Shown here: piece after piece, positions 1 to 14,109 of the stretch
How the letters are laid out: each line of letters opens with the position of its first letter
How positions within the stretch are numbered: position 1 is the first letter of the stretch
Source of the DNA: Macrostomum lignano
Lineage: Eukaryota
Length of the DNA: 64,000 nucleotides
Assembly: GCA_002269645.1 (NCBI GenBank)
Contig: NIVC01000854.1
Location: 1-64,000 of the forward strand
Reading direction: 5' to 3'
Translations under genes and position numbers: made by a program
The notes under the pieces: model-generated
The model's input: the letters and a program-made list of their open reading frames with translations, nothing else
Told to the model about the DNA's origin: nothing
Databases searched by the model: none

Positions 1-1130
1 TTTTATATATCTATTTTTTCTATCTAAAAGCTGTCAAATCTATTAAGTACCTGTAACTATAGACAATAATAACAAAGCCCTAATAATAACTAAATAAAAA
101 CTAAAAATCCCAAACCTTGACAATTGTGATATTTAAATTAATTTAAAAAAAATATATTTTTTTGTTGCAACAAATCTAAATCTATTGTAGAATTCTAATG
201 TAATATTTACACTAATATTTGTATACAATACATTTGTATTACATTACAATTATATTTATAATGTAACCTCCAGGTCTAGCTAAGGTGGGTAGTATGCACC
301 ACGCTATCTTATTTTTTGCACTTCCCTAGGCCCCTCAATCTTGTGCTGTTCTTAATAATAATATATGTGCCAAGCAGTGCAAAATATTTGTTGCCATTCT
401 ATTATTAAACTAAAAGGCTTTCTGCCTCAATATTATATATCAAAGAGCCCTTGAATATTAAGCTATAATGATATATATAATTTCCATTTTTACACAATCT
501 TACACAATGATATAAGAATGTTGCACTAACCATACATGTGCAAAACCTGGCTGACCCAGCCAATTTGGCCAGGTGACAGGGTGACCAAGGCAGATTTGTT
601 TCAAAACTAGTCTTAAAAGCAAATCTATTTATCAATTGGACATTTTGTTATGTAGTCATTAAGCTAGTATGATATAAATAGATTCATAAAACTAATAAGT
701 CAAGCTGTGTCATTTTAAAGACTTGGACACAGGAATATAAAATAAAGATAAAATCCTAATTTTCTAAATGAAGCTTTCTGAATATCAATAGAGCTATAAA
801 AAAGGTTAAGCACATCAAAAGATAAATATTGGTCTGTCTCCTATCAAAAGCAAAAACAATTTTTGTGTGTAATCTCTGTAAGCATTTTTTGCAAAACTTG
901 CTTTCTTAAATTTTCCAAGAATCATAAGTTTCCTGTCCTTTAGCAAAGCTATGCTTTCTAAATATGACTATTATTTTAAAATATAATGCCTGTTTGTATT
1001 TTATTAATAACTCAATCAATCCACTTCAGTGTCTTTGCCCTGCTGAAGTTGAATCTCAAATTCAGTCTGCTAGATTTGACCAGCAGAACAGGGCTGCTGC
1101 GAAACAAATCTTTTTATTTTTAAGACACTC

Positions 1131-4100
1131 ATGTCTGCTCAAAGTACTCAGCAATCAGCATCAGCTAGAGAGGCAGGACTCCAATCCGGTGTGGGCGAGT
1201 ACCTCGATCCTCCGCTGCAGTACACCCATTGCCTCCTATACTGGCGCCGATGATGACGAAACTCAGCTTCACGGCTGGCGCTAGGATTCTTGTTGTATCT
1301 CGCGATCCTCGAGACAGTCGGGACGAGGGCTGGTTTGTAGCCATTGCGCCGGCTTCTCCTAGCCAGGGAGGTGCAAGCGCTGGAGAATATTCCAGGCCAG
1401 AATCTCAGCGTACCGTGCTCAAATTGTTGCCAGGAAATTTTGTTCGACCGTCTGCTGAGATTGCCAGCGCCTGTCAGCAGGAGGTGCAGGCAGTTGGAAG
1501 GTGAATATTGCTTCTGGCGTTATTCTGTATCCAGCATTGATGATATATTGAGATTGTGTTTGATCTGTGCCGTTCTATGATAAATCTATTTGATGTGTGC
1601 CGCTGTGTAATATAATCTGTTTGATCTGGGCGCTGTGTAATATAATCTGTTTGATCGTGCCGCTGTGTAATTAATCTGTTTGATCTGTGCCGCTGTGTAA
1701 TATAATTGTTTGATCTGTTCCCTGTGTAATTAAATCTTTTGATCTGCGCCGCTGTGTAATATAATCTGTTTGATCTGTGCCGCTGTGTAATAAAATCTGT
1801 TTGATCTGTGCCGCTGTGTAATTAAATCTGTTTGATCTGCGCCGCTGTAATATAATCTGTTTGATCTGTGCCGCTGTGTAATATAATCTGTTTGAACTGT
1901 GCGCTGTGTAATATAATCTGTTTGATCTGCGCCGCTGTATGTAAATCTGTTTGATCTGTGCCGCTGTGTAGTTAAATCTGTTTGATCTGTGCTGCTGTGT
2001 AATTAAATCTGTTGATCTGTGCCGCTGTGTAATATAATCTGTTTGATCTGTGCCGCTGTGTAATATAATCTGTTTGATCTGTGCCGCTGTGTAATATAAT
2101 CTGTTTGAACTGTGCCGCTGTGTAATATAATCTGTTTGATCTGCGCCGCTGAATGTAATATAATCTGTTTGATGTGCCGCTGTGTAATATAATCTGTTTG
2201 ATCTGTGCCGCTGTTAATATAATCTGTTGATCTGTTGCCGCTGTGTAATATACTCTGTTGCATCTGTGCCACTGTAATATAATCTGTTTGATCTGTGCCG
2301 CTGTGTAAAATAATCTGTTTGATCTGATTTTCCCAGTTTAAAAAAAAAAAACAAAGCACTTCAATAGACACCTGCATCTTTCATCCACCCACAGCGTTCC
2401 CCAGCATCAGCAAGATCCTCATGGGCATCATCAGCATGAGATGCAAGCAGCAGTCGCCACCCACGGTTCATCCGATGAGATCGCATACGACTGTCTCCTC
2501 GATCTGGTGCTTCGCCGAAGTCCACCGAGCCACCTGGCGCGGCAGCCAGTCGCAGTGAAACTGTTCGGCAGCGGCTTGCTGCCCGACCAGGTGCGCCGGG
2601 AGGCGAGCTTATCTGGCTGGTGCCGCCACCCGAACATTGTCCGAGTTCTGGCCATTGTGGCCGAGCGCCACCCGCTCTGCTGTTGCAATTTGCCGCTGGC
2701 GGAGCTCTTAATAATTTTTACGCGGCCGGCGACTTCCACCGGACGTGATTGTGAACTGGCCGGACAGCGTGGCCGAGGCCATGCGATTCCTGCACGAGGG
2801 CGCACCCTGTGACCGTCTTCCACCGGACCTGAAGTCTAGCAACAGTGAGTGGCTCTGCGTACCTGGTAGGAGATTGGGCTTGGATAGTAAATTGGTAGAC
2901 ATTACAGGTAGATAGGTAGACACTACAGGTAGTAACACTACAGGTAGATAGACACTACAGTAGATAGACACTACAGGTAGATAGGTAGACACTACAGGTA
3001 GATAGGTAGACACTGCAGGTAGATAGGTAGACACTACAGGTAGATAGACACTACAGGTAGATAGGTAGACACTACAGGTAGATAGTAGACACTACAGGTA
3101 GATAGGTAGACACTACAGGTAGATGGACACTACAGGTAGATAGGTAGACACTGCAGGTCGATAGGTAGACACTATGTTGGATGGGTAGACACTACAGGTA
3201 GATAGACACTACAGGTAGGTAGGTAGACACTGCGGGTAGAAAGGTAGACACTATAGTTAGATAGGTAGACACTATAGTAGATAGTTAGAAGACACTATCT
3301 GCAGATAGGTAGACACTATAGTTAGATAGGTAGACACTATAGTTAGATAGGTAGACACTATGCAGATAGGTAGACACTATAGTTAGATAGGTAGACACTA
3401 TAGTTAGATAGGTAGACACTATAGTTAGATAGGTAGACACTAAAGTTAGATAGGTAGACACTATGCAGATAGGTAGACACTATAGTTAGATAGGTAGACA
3501 CTATAGTTAGATAGGTAGACACTATAGTTAGATAGGTAGACACTATAGTTAGATAGGTAGACACTATAGTTAGATAGGTAGACACTATAGTTAGATAGGT
3601 AGACACTAAAGTTAGATAGGTAGACACTATAGTTAGATAGGTAGACACTAAAGTTAGATAGGTAGACACTATGCAGATAGGTAGACACTATAGTTAGATA
3701 GGTAGACACTATAGTTAGATAGGTAGACACTATAGTTAGATAGGTAGACACTATAGTTAGATAGGTAGACACTATAGTTAGATAGGTAGACACTATAGTT
3801 AGATAGGTAGACACTATAGTTAGATAGGTAGACACTATAGTTAGATAGGTAGACACTATAGTTAGATAGGTAGACACTATAGTTAGATAGTTAGACACTA
3901 TAGTTGGATGGGTAGACACTATGCAGATAGGTAGACACTATGCAGATAGGTAGACACTAAAGTTAGATAGGTAGACACTATGCAGATAGGTAGACACTAT
4001 GCAGATAGGTAGACACTATAGTTAGATAGGTAGACACTATGCAGATAGGTAGACACTATAGTTAGATAGGTAGACACTATAGTTAGATAGGTAGACACTA

Positions 4101-7100
4101 TAGTTAGATAGGTAGACACTATAGTTAGATAGGTAGACACTATAGTTAGATAGGTAGACACTAAAGTTAGATAGGTAGACACTAAGTTAGATAGGTAGAC
4201 ACTAAAGTTAGATAGGTAGACACTATGCAGATAGGTAGACACTATAGTTAGATAGGTAGACACTATAGTTAGATAGGTAGACACTATAGTTAGATAGGTA
4301 GACACTATAGTTAGATAGGTAGACACTATAGTTAGATAGGTAGACACTATAGTTAGATAGGTAGACACTATAGTTAGATAGGTAGACACTATAGTTAGAT
4401 AGGTAGACACTATAGTTAGATAGGTAGACACTAAAGTTAGATAGGTAGACACTATAGTTAGATAGGTAGACACTAAAGTTAGATAGGTAGACACTATGCA
4501 GATAGGTAGACACTATAGTTAGATAGGTAGACACTATGCAGATAGGTAGACACTATAGTTAGATAGGTAGACACTATGCAGATAGGTAGACACTATAGTT
4601 AGATAGGTAGACACTATAGTTAGATAGGTAGACACTAAAGTTAGATAGGTAGACACTATGCAGATAGGTAGACACTATAGTTTGATAGGTAGACACTATA
4701 GTTAGATAGGTAGACACTATAGTTAGATAGGTAGACACTATAGTTAGATAGGTAGACACTATAGTTAGATAGGTAGACACTATGGTTAGATAGGTAGACA
4801 CTAAAGTTAGATAGGTAGACACTATAGTTAGATAGGTAGACACTAAAGTTAGATAGGTAGACACTATGCAGATAGGTAGACACTATAGTTAGATAGGTAG
4901 ACACTATAGTTAGATAGGTAGACACTATAGTTAGATAGGTAGACACTATAGTTAGATAGGTAGACACTATAGTTAGATAGGTAGACACTATAGTTAGATA
5001 GTTAGACACTATAGTTGGATGGGTAGACACTATGCAGATAGGTAGACACTATGCAGATAGGTAGACACTATGCAGATAGGTAGACACTATAGTTAGATAG
5101 GTAGACACTATAGTTGGATGGGTAGACACTATGCAGATAGGTAGACACTATGCAGATAGGTAGACACTAAAGTTAGATAGGTAGACACTATGCAGATAGG
5201 TAGACACTATGCAGATAGGTAGACACTATAGTTAGATAGGTAGACACTATGCAGATAGGTAGACACTATAGTTAGATAGGTAGACACTATGCAGATAGGT
5301 AGACACTATAGTTAGATAGGTAGACACTATAGTTAGATAGGTAGACACTATAGTTGGATAGGTAGACACTATAGTTAGATAGGTAGACACTATAGTTAGA
5401 TAGGTAGACACTATAGTTAGATAGGTAGACACTATGCAGATAGGTAGACACTATAGTTAGATAGGTAGACACTAAAGTTAGATAGGTAGACACTATGCAG
5501 ATAGGTAGACACTATGCAGATAGGTAGACACTATAGTTAGATAGGTAGACACTATGCAGATAGGTAGACACTATAGTTAGATAGGTAGACACTATGCAGA
5601 TAGGTAGACACTATAGTTAGATAGGTAGACACTATAGTTAGATAGGTAGACACTATAGTTAGATAGGTAGACACTATAGTTAGATAGGTAGACACTATAG
5701 TTAGATAGGTAGACACTATGCAGATAGGTAGACACTATAGTTAGATAGGTAGACACTAAAGTTAGATAGGTAGACACTAAAGTTAGATAGGTAGACACTA
5801 TGCAGATAGGTAGACACTATAGTTAGATAGGTAGACACTATAGTTAGATAGGTAGACACTATAGTTAGATAGGTAGACACTATAGTTGGATGGGTAGACA
5901 CTATGCAGATAGGTAGACACTATGCAGATAGGTAGACACTATAGTTAGATAGGTAGACACTATAGTTAGATAGGTAGACACTATAGTTAGATAGTTAGAC
6001 ACTATAGTTGGATGGGTAGACACTATGCAGATAGGTAGACACTATGCAGATAGGTAGACACTATGCAGATGGGTAGACACTATAGTTAGATAGGTAGACA
6101 CTATAGTTGGATGGGTAGACACTATGCAGATAGGTAGACACTATGCAGATAGGTAGACACTAAAGTTAGATAGGTAGACACTATGCAGATAGGTAGACAC
6201 TATGCAGATAGGTAGACACTATAGTTAGATAGGTAGACACTATGCAGATAGGTAGACACTATAGTTAGATAGGTAGACACTATGCAGATAGGTAGACACT
6301 ATAGTTAGATAGGTAGACACTATGCAGATAGGTAGACACTATAGTTAGATAGGTAGACACTATAGTTAGATAGGTAGACACTATAGTTAGATAGGTAGAC
6401 ACTATAGTTAGATAGGTAGACACTATAGTTAGATAGGTAGACACTATAGTTAGATAGGTAGACACTATAGTTAGATAGGTAGACACTATAGTTAGATAGG
6501 TAGACACTATAGTTAGATAGGTAGACACTATAGTTAGATAGGTAGACACTATAGTTAGATAGGTAGACACTATGCAGATAGGTAGACACTATAGTTAGAT
6601 AGGTAGACACTATAGTTAGATAGGTAGACACTATAGTTAGATAGGTAGACACTATGCAGATAGGTAGACACTATAGTTAGATAGGTAGACACTATAGTTA
6701 GATAGGTAGACACTATAGTTAGATAGGTAGACACTATAGTTAGATAGGTAGACACTATAGTTAGATAGGTAGACACTATAGTTAGATAGGTAGACACTAT
6801 AGTTAGATAGGTAGACACTATAGTTAGATAGGTAGACACTATAGTTAGATAGGTAGACACTATAGTTAGATAGGTAGACACTATAGTTAGATAGGTAGAC
6901 ACTATAGTTAGATAGGTAGACACTATAGTTAGATAGGTAGACACTATGTTAGATAGGTAGACACTATAGTTAGATAGGTAGACACTATAGTTAGATAGGT
7001 AGACACTATAGTTAGATAGGTAGACACTATGCAGATAGGTAGACACTATAGTTAGATAGGTAGACACTATAGTTAGATAGGTAGACACTATAGTTAGATA

Positions 7101-10100
7101 GGTAGACACTATAGTTAGATAGGTAGACACTATAGTTAGATAGGTAGACACTATAGTTAGATAGGTAGACACTATAGTTAGATAGGTAGACACTATAGTT
7201 AGATAGGTAGACACTATAGTTAGATAGGTAGACACTATAGTTAGATAGGTAGACACTATAGTTAGATAGGTAGACACTATAGTTAGATAGGTAGACACTA
7301 TAGTTAGATAGGTAGACACTATAGTTAGATAGGTAGACACTATAGTTAGATAGGTAGACACTATTAGATAGGTAGACACTATAGTTAGATAGGTAGACAC
7401 TATAGTTAGATAGGTAGACACTATAGTTAGATAGGTAGACACTATAGTTAGATAGGTAGACACTATAGTTAGATAGGTAGACACTATAGTTAGATAGGTA
7501 GACACTATAGTTAGATAGGTAGACACTATAGTTAGATAGGTAGACACTATAGTTAGATAGTTAGACACTATAGTTGGATGGGTAGACACTATGCAGATAG
7601 GTAGACACTATGCAGATAGGTAGACACTAAAGTTAGATAGGTAGACACTATGCAGATAGGTAGACACTATGCAGATAGGTAGACACTATAGTTAGATAGG
7701 TAGACACTATGCAGATAGGTAGACACTATAGTTAGATAGGTAGACACTATAGTTAGATAGGTAGACACTATAGTTAGATAGGTAGACACTATAGTTAGAT
7801 AGGTAGACACTATAGTTAGATAGGTAGACACTATAGTTAGATAGGTAGACACTATGCAGATAGGTAGACACTATAGTTAGATAGGTAGACACTAAAGTTA
7901 GATAGGTAGACACTAAAGTTAGATAGGTAGACACTAAAGTTAGATAGGTAGACACTATGCAGATAGGTAGACACTATAGTTAGATAGGTAGACACTATAG
8001 TTAGATAGGTAGACACTATAGTTAGATAGGTAGACACTATAGTTAGATAGGTAGACACTATAGTTAGATAGGTAGACACTATAGTTAGATAGGTAGACAC
8101 TATAGTTAGATAGGTAGACACTATAGTTAGATAGGTAGACACTATAGTTAGATAGGTAGACACTATAGTTAGATAGGTAGACACTATAGTTAGATAGGTA
8201 GACACTAAAGTTAGATAGGTAGACACTATGCAGATAGGTAGACACTATAGTTAGATAGGTAGACACTATGCAGATAGGTAGACACTATAGTTAGATAGGT
8301 AGACACTATGCAGATAGGTAGACACGATAGTTAGATAGGTAGACACTATAGTTAGATAGGTAGACACTATAGTTAGATAGGTAGACACTAAAGTTAGATA
8401 GGTAGACACTATGCAGATAGGTAGACACTATAGTTAGATAGGTAGACACTATAGTTAGATAGGTAGACACTATAGTTAGATAGGTAGACACTATAGTTAG
8501 ATAGGTAGACACTATAGTTAGATAGGTAGACACTATAGTTAGATAGGTAGACACTAAAGTTAGATAGGTAGACACTATAGTTAGATAGGTAGACACTAAG
8601 TTAGATAGGTAGACACTATGCAGATAGGTAGACACTATAGTTAGATAGGTAGACACTATAGTTAGATAGGTAGACACTATAGTTAGATAGGTAGACACTA
8701 TAGTTAGATAGGTAGACACTATAGTTAGATAGGTAGACACTATAGTTAGATAGGTAGACACTATAGTTAGATAGGTAGACACTATAGTTAGATAGGTAGA
8801 CACTATAGTTGGATGGGTAGACACTATGCAGATAGGTAGACACTATGCAGATAGGTAGACACTATAGTTAGATAGGTAGACACTATAGTTAGATAGGTAG
8901 ACACTATAGTTAGATAGTTAGACACTATAGTTGGATGGGTAGACACTATGCAGATAGGTAGACACTATGCAGATAGGTAGACACTATGCAGATAGGTAGA
9001 CACTATAGTTAGATAGGTAGACACTATAGTTGGATGGGTAGACACTATGCAGATAGGTAGACACTATGCAGATAGGTAGACACTAAAGTTAGATAGGTAG
9101 ACACTATGCAGATAGGTAGACACTATGCAGATAGGTAGACACTATAGTTAGATAGGTAGACACTATGCAGATAGGTAGACACTATAGTTAGATAGGTAGA
9201 CACTATGCAGATAGGTAGACACTATAGTTAGATAGGTAGACACTATAGTTAGATAGGTAGACACTATAGTTGGATAGGTAGACACTATAGTTAGATAGGT
9301 AGACACTATAGTTAGATAGGTAGACACTATAGTTAGATAGGTAGACACTATGCAGATAGGTAGACACTATAGTTAGATAGGTAGACACTAAGTTAGATAG
9401 GTAGACACTATGCAGATAGGTAGACACTATGCAGATAGGTAGACACTATAGTTAGATAGGTAGACACTATGCAGATAGGTAGACACTATAGTTAGATAGG
9501 TAGACACTATGCAGATAGGTAGACACTATAGTTAGATAGGTAGACACTATAGTTAGATAGGTAGACACTATAGTTAGATAGGTAGACACTATAGTTAGAT
9601 AGGTAGACACTATGCAGATAGGTAGACACTATAGTTAGATAGGTAGACACTAAAGTTAGATAGGTAGACACTAAAGTTAGATAGGTAGACACTATGCAGA
9701 TAGGTAGACACTATAGTTAGATAGGTAGACACTATAGTTAGATAGGTAGACACTATAGTTAGATAGGTAGACACTATAGTTAGATAGGTAGACACTATAG
9801 TTAGATAGGTAGACACTATAGTTAGATAGGTAGACACTATAGTTAGATAGGTAGACACTATAGTTAGATAGGTAGACACTAAAGTTAGATAGGTAGACAC
9901 TATAGTTAGATAGGTAGACACTAAAGTTAGATAGGTAGACACTATGCAGATAGGTAGACACTATAGTTAGATAGGTAGACACTATGCAGATAGGTAGACA
10001 CTATAGTTAGATAGGTAGACACTATGCAGATAGGTAGACACTATAGTTAGATAGGTAGACACTATAGTTAGATAGGTAGACACTATAGTTAGATAGGTAG

Positions 10101-12470
10101 ACACTATAGTTAGATAGGTAGACACTATAATTAGATAGGTAGACACTATAGTTAGATAGGTAGACACTAAAGTTAGATAGGTAGACACTATAGTTAGATA
10201 GGTAGACACTAAAGTTAGATAGGTAGACACTATGCAGATAGGTAGACACTATAGTTAGATAGGTAGACACTATAGTTAGATAGGTAGACACTATAGTTAG
10301 ATAGGTAGACACTATGCAGATAGGTAGACACTATAGTTAGATAGGTAGACACTATAGTTAGATAGGTAGACACTATAGTTAGATAGGTAGACACTATAGT
10401 TAGATAGGTAGACACTATAGTTGGATGGGTAGACACTATGCAGATAGGTAGACACTATGCAGATAGGTAGACACTATAGTTAGATAGGTAGACACTATAG
10501 TTAGATAGGTAGACACTATAGTTAGATAGGTAGACACTATAGTTGGATGGTAGACACTATGCAGATAGGTAGACACTATGCAGATAGGTAGACACTATGC
10601 AGATGGTAGACACTATAGTTAGATAGGTAGACACTATAGTTGGATGGTAGACACTATGCAGATAGGTAGACACTATGCAGATAGGTAGACACTAAAGTTA
10701 GATAGGTAGACACTATGCAGATAGGTAGACACTATGCAGATAGGTAGACACTATAGTTAGATAGGTAGACACTATGCAGATAGGTAGACACTATAGTTAG
10801 ATAGGTAGACACTATGCAGATAGGTAGACACTATAGTTAGATAGGTAGACACTATGCAGATAGGTAGACACTATAGTTAGATAGGTAGACACTATAGTTA
10901 GATAGGTAGACACTATAGTTAGATAGGTAGACACTATAGTTAGATAGGTAGACACTATGCAGATAGGTAGACACTATAGTTAGATAGGTAGACACTATAG
11001 TTAGATAGGTAGACACTATAGTTAGATAGGTAGACACTATAGTTAGATAGGTAGACACTATAGTTAGATAGGTAGACACTATAGTTAGATAGGTAGACAC
11101 TATGCAGATAGGTAGACACTATAGTTAGATAGGTAGACACTATAGTTAGATAGGTAGACACTATAGTTAGATAGGTAGACACTATGTTAGATAGGTAGAC
11201 ACTATAGTTAGATAGGTAGACACTATAGTTAGATAGGTAGACACTATAGTTAGATAGGTAGACACTATAGTTAGATAGGTAGACACTATAGTTAGATAGG
11301 TAGACACTATAGTTAGATAGGTAGACACTATAGTTAGATAGGTAGACACTATAGTTAGATAGGTAGACACTATAGTTAGATAGGTAGACACTATAGTTAG
11401 ATAGGTAGACACTATAGTTAGATAGGTAGACACTATGTTAGATAGGTAGACACTATAGTTAGATAGGTAGACACTAAAGTTAGATAGGTAGACACTATAG
11501 TTAGATAGGTAGACACTATGCAGATAGGTAGACACTATAGTTAGATAGGTAGACACTATAGTTAGATAGGTAGACACTATAGTTAGATAGGTAGACACTA
11601 TGCAGATAGGTAGACACTATAGTTAGATAGGTAGACACTATGCAGATAGGTAGACACTATGCAGATAGGTAGACACTATAGTTAGATAGGTAGACACTAT
11701 GTTAGATAGGTAGACACTATAGTTAGATAGGTAGACACTATAGTTAGATAGGTAGACACTATAGTTAGATAGGTAGACACTATGCAGATAGGTAGACACT
11801 ATAGTTAGATAGGTAGACACTATGCAGATAGGTAGACACTATGCAGATAGGTAGACACTATAGTTAGATAGGTAGACACTAAAGTTAGATAGGTAGACAC
11901 TATAGTTAGATAGGTAGACACTATAGTTAGATAGGTAGACACTATAGTTAGATAGGTAGACACTATGCAGATAGTCAGACACTATGCAGATAGGTAGACA
12001 CTATGCAGATAGGTAGACACTATGCAGATAGGTAGACACTATGCAGATAGGTAGACACTATAGTTAGATAGGTAGACACTATAGTTAGATAGGTAGACAC
12101 TATAGTTAGATAGGTAGACACTATAGTTAGATAGGTAGACACTATAGTTAGATAGGTAGACACTATAGTTAGATAGGTAGACACTATAGTTAGATAGGTA
12201 GACACTATGCATATGGGGCACACTGGTATGGGTCAGACTGGGGCAGTCAATTGAGCCATACTGTACATAGTGAACAGTAGATAGAAATGCTGACTGGCTG
12301 ACAGGCTGTGGCACTGAAAGCCGTTCTGTTCCCGGCATATCCCGGTCGTTGCGGATGAATCGAAGAATGAACTGATGAATATTTTAATATCTGAATAAAT
12401 GCAATTATTGTTATATGAATCGATTGGCTGCTATGAATAATTTAATTGAATAATAAATAATGCCGTTAAC

Positions 12471-12548
<78 letters not shown>

Positions 12549-14071
12549 GAGAGAAATCGAATTTAGCTTGACTGCCTGCCTGACTGAGCACTTTTAGTTT
12601 GATATATATATATATATATCAAAGCATTCTTAATGGTACAGGCAGGCAGTTCAGAGTTGTTGACTGTCGAATTGCTAGGGAAGAATCCCCGAGCACTGAT
12701 GATAGACAGGCCAAGACGAATAATTTAGTTTGATGCAACTTCAGCGAGGAGTCTTCGATTTCTCAGTCCCAACACACAGAATCGAGGGCAATTGCTTAGA
12801 TTAATTTAGCGACACTATTCTAGATTGCGAGACTAATGTACCAATGTGTACTTTAGTATGAGCATCCTGATTATTTTTGATAAATCAGCTACTATTTAAA
12901 ATACCATAGTACTATTGACCATTTAAGTAGTATACGTTGATTTTTTATTTAATATACACTTATTGCTGATTATTTATTTAGTTAGTCCCACATTATAATG
13001 TTTTAAAAGACTGACTAGAATCAGGTTAAGCTAGATTGGTCACGGTTAGTACGCCACAATCACAAGCATTATTATGCTTAGACACTACTACCGCATCGAC
13101 TTTATTAGCTCTTAGTAGTATGATGGTAGGTAATTATTATAAATAAATGCGACCGAAGATTTTAGTTAAAAATTTTCTTGGAAATAGCTAAACTAAGGCA
13201 ATAGCTTTTTGAGGCGTGAAATCGATGGTTATCGTTTCTTTAATATTCAAATAATACTACTGACAAACGTTTTTCTTATAAGTAGTATACGGTAAAAAAC
13301 AATTTTAAAGTAGAAAATACACTATTTTAATTCATTTTCTGTTTTCTTTCTCAACACCCAGTCCTGCTAAAACACGCAATGCCGCCGCCTCAAGCCGATG
13401 CCGAATCAATCGACGACCTGGCTGAGCATGAGCGCCAGCGCGACTGGCTGCTCAATCGTCAGGTATTATTAATCTCAGATTTCGGCCTGGCCAAACAGTG
13501 CTGCATAACTCTGCCCGATGTTGAACCCGCTACTGCTGCCAACGATGATTCTGCGACCTCCTCGGCCGTAGCCGCTGCCGCCGCTGCGGCTGCTGACCAA
13601 ACCGGCGGCCCAGGCGGTGTCGGGACTCACGCCTACATGAGTCCGGAGCAGCTGCGCGGCCAGTGCCCCTACACCTGGCACGCCGATGTCTGGTCCTACG
13701 GCGTCGTGCTCTGGGAACTGCTGACCGGGGAGGTGCCTTACGCCAACCTGCTGCCCTACCAGATCATGTACAATGTAGCCAGGGGCCTGTTCCGGCTGCC
13801 CATTCCCGACGGCTGTCCCGTTGGGTTCCGTCGCCTGCTCGAGGACTGCTGGTCCGAGGCGCCGGAAGGTCGGCCAGCGTTTGCCGAGGTGCTGCACAGA
13901 TTGAAGGACATCGCCAGTGTCGGCTTTGACGACTTCGATGAACTGCAGGTGAGGAGAGAAAGAGAAAGAGAGAGAAGAGAAGTCACGGCGTTTTTAAAAA
14001 ATAATTAATTAAATCTGGGCTACCGGTTTCGAGCCTCTGGCCTCTTCGTCAGGCCAGAGAGAGAGAGAGAG

Positions 14072-14109
<38 letters not shown>

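Noticed and set aside
2890-12210. CRISPR-like array (also considered for 22795-23530, 26275-26940 and 27355-27760)
   Set aside because: Units are head-to-tail with no unique spacers; no cas genes; eukaryotic intron context
3358-12338. Dozens of ORFs encoding VSTYLTI/SVYLSNY repeats
   Set aside because: Translations of a stop-poor minisatellite strand, antisense within the MLK intron
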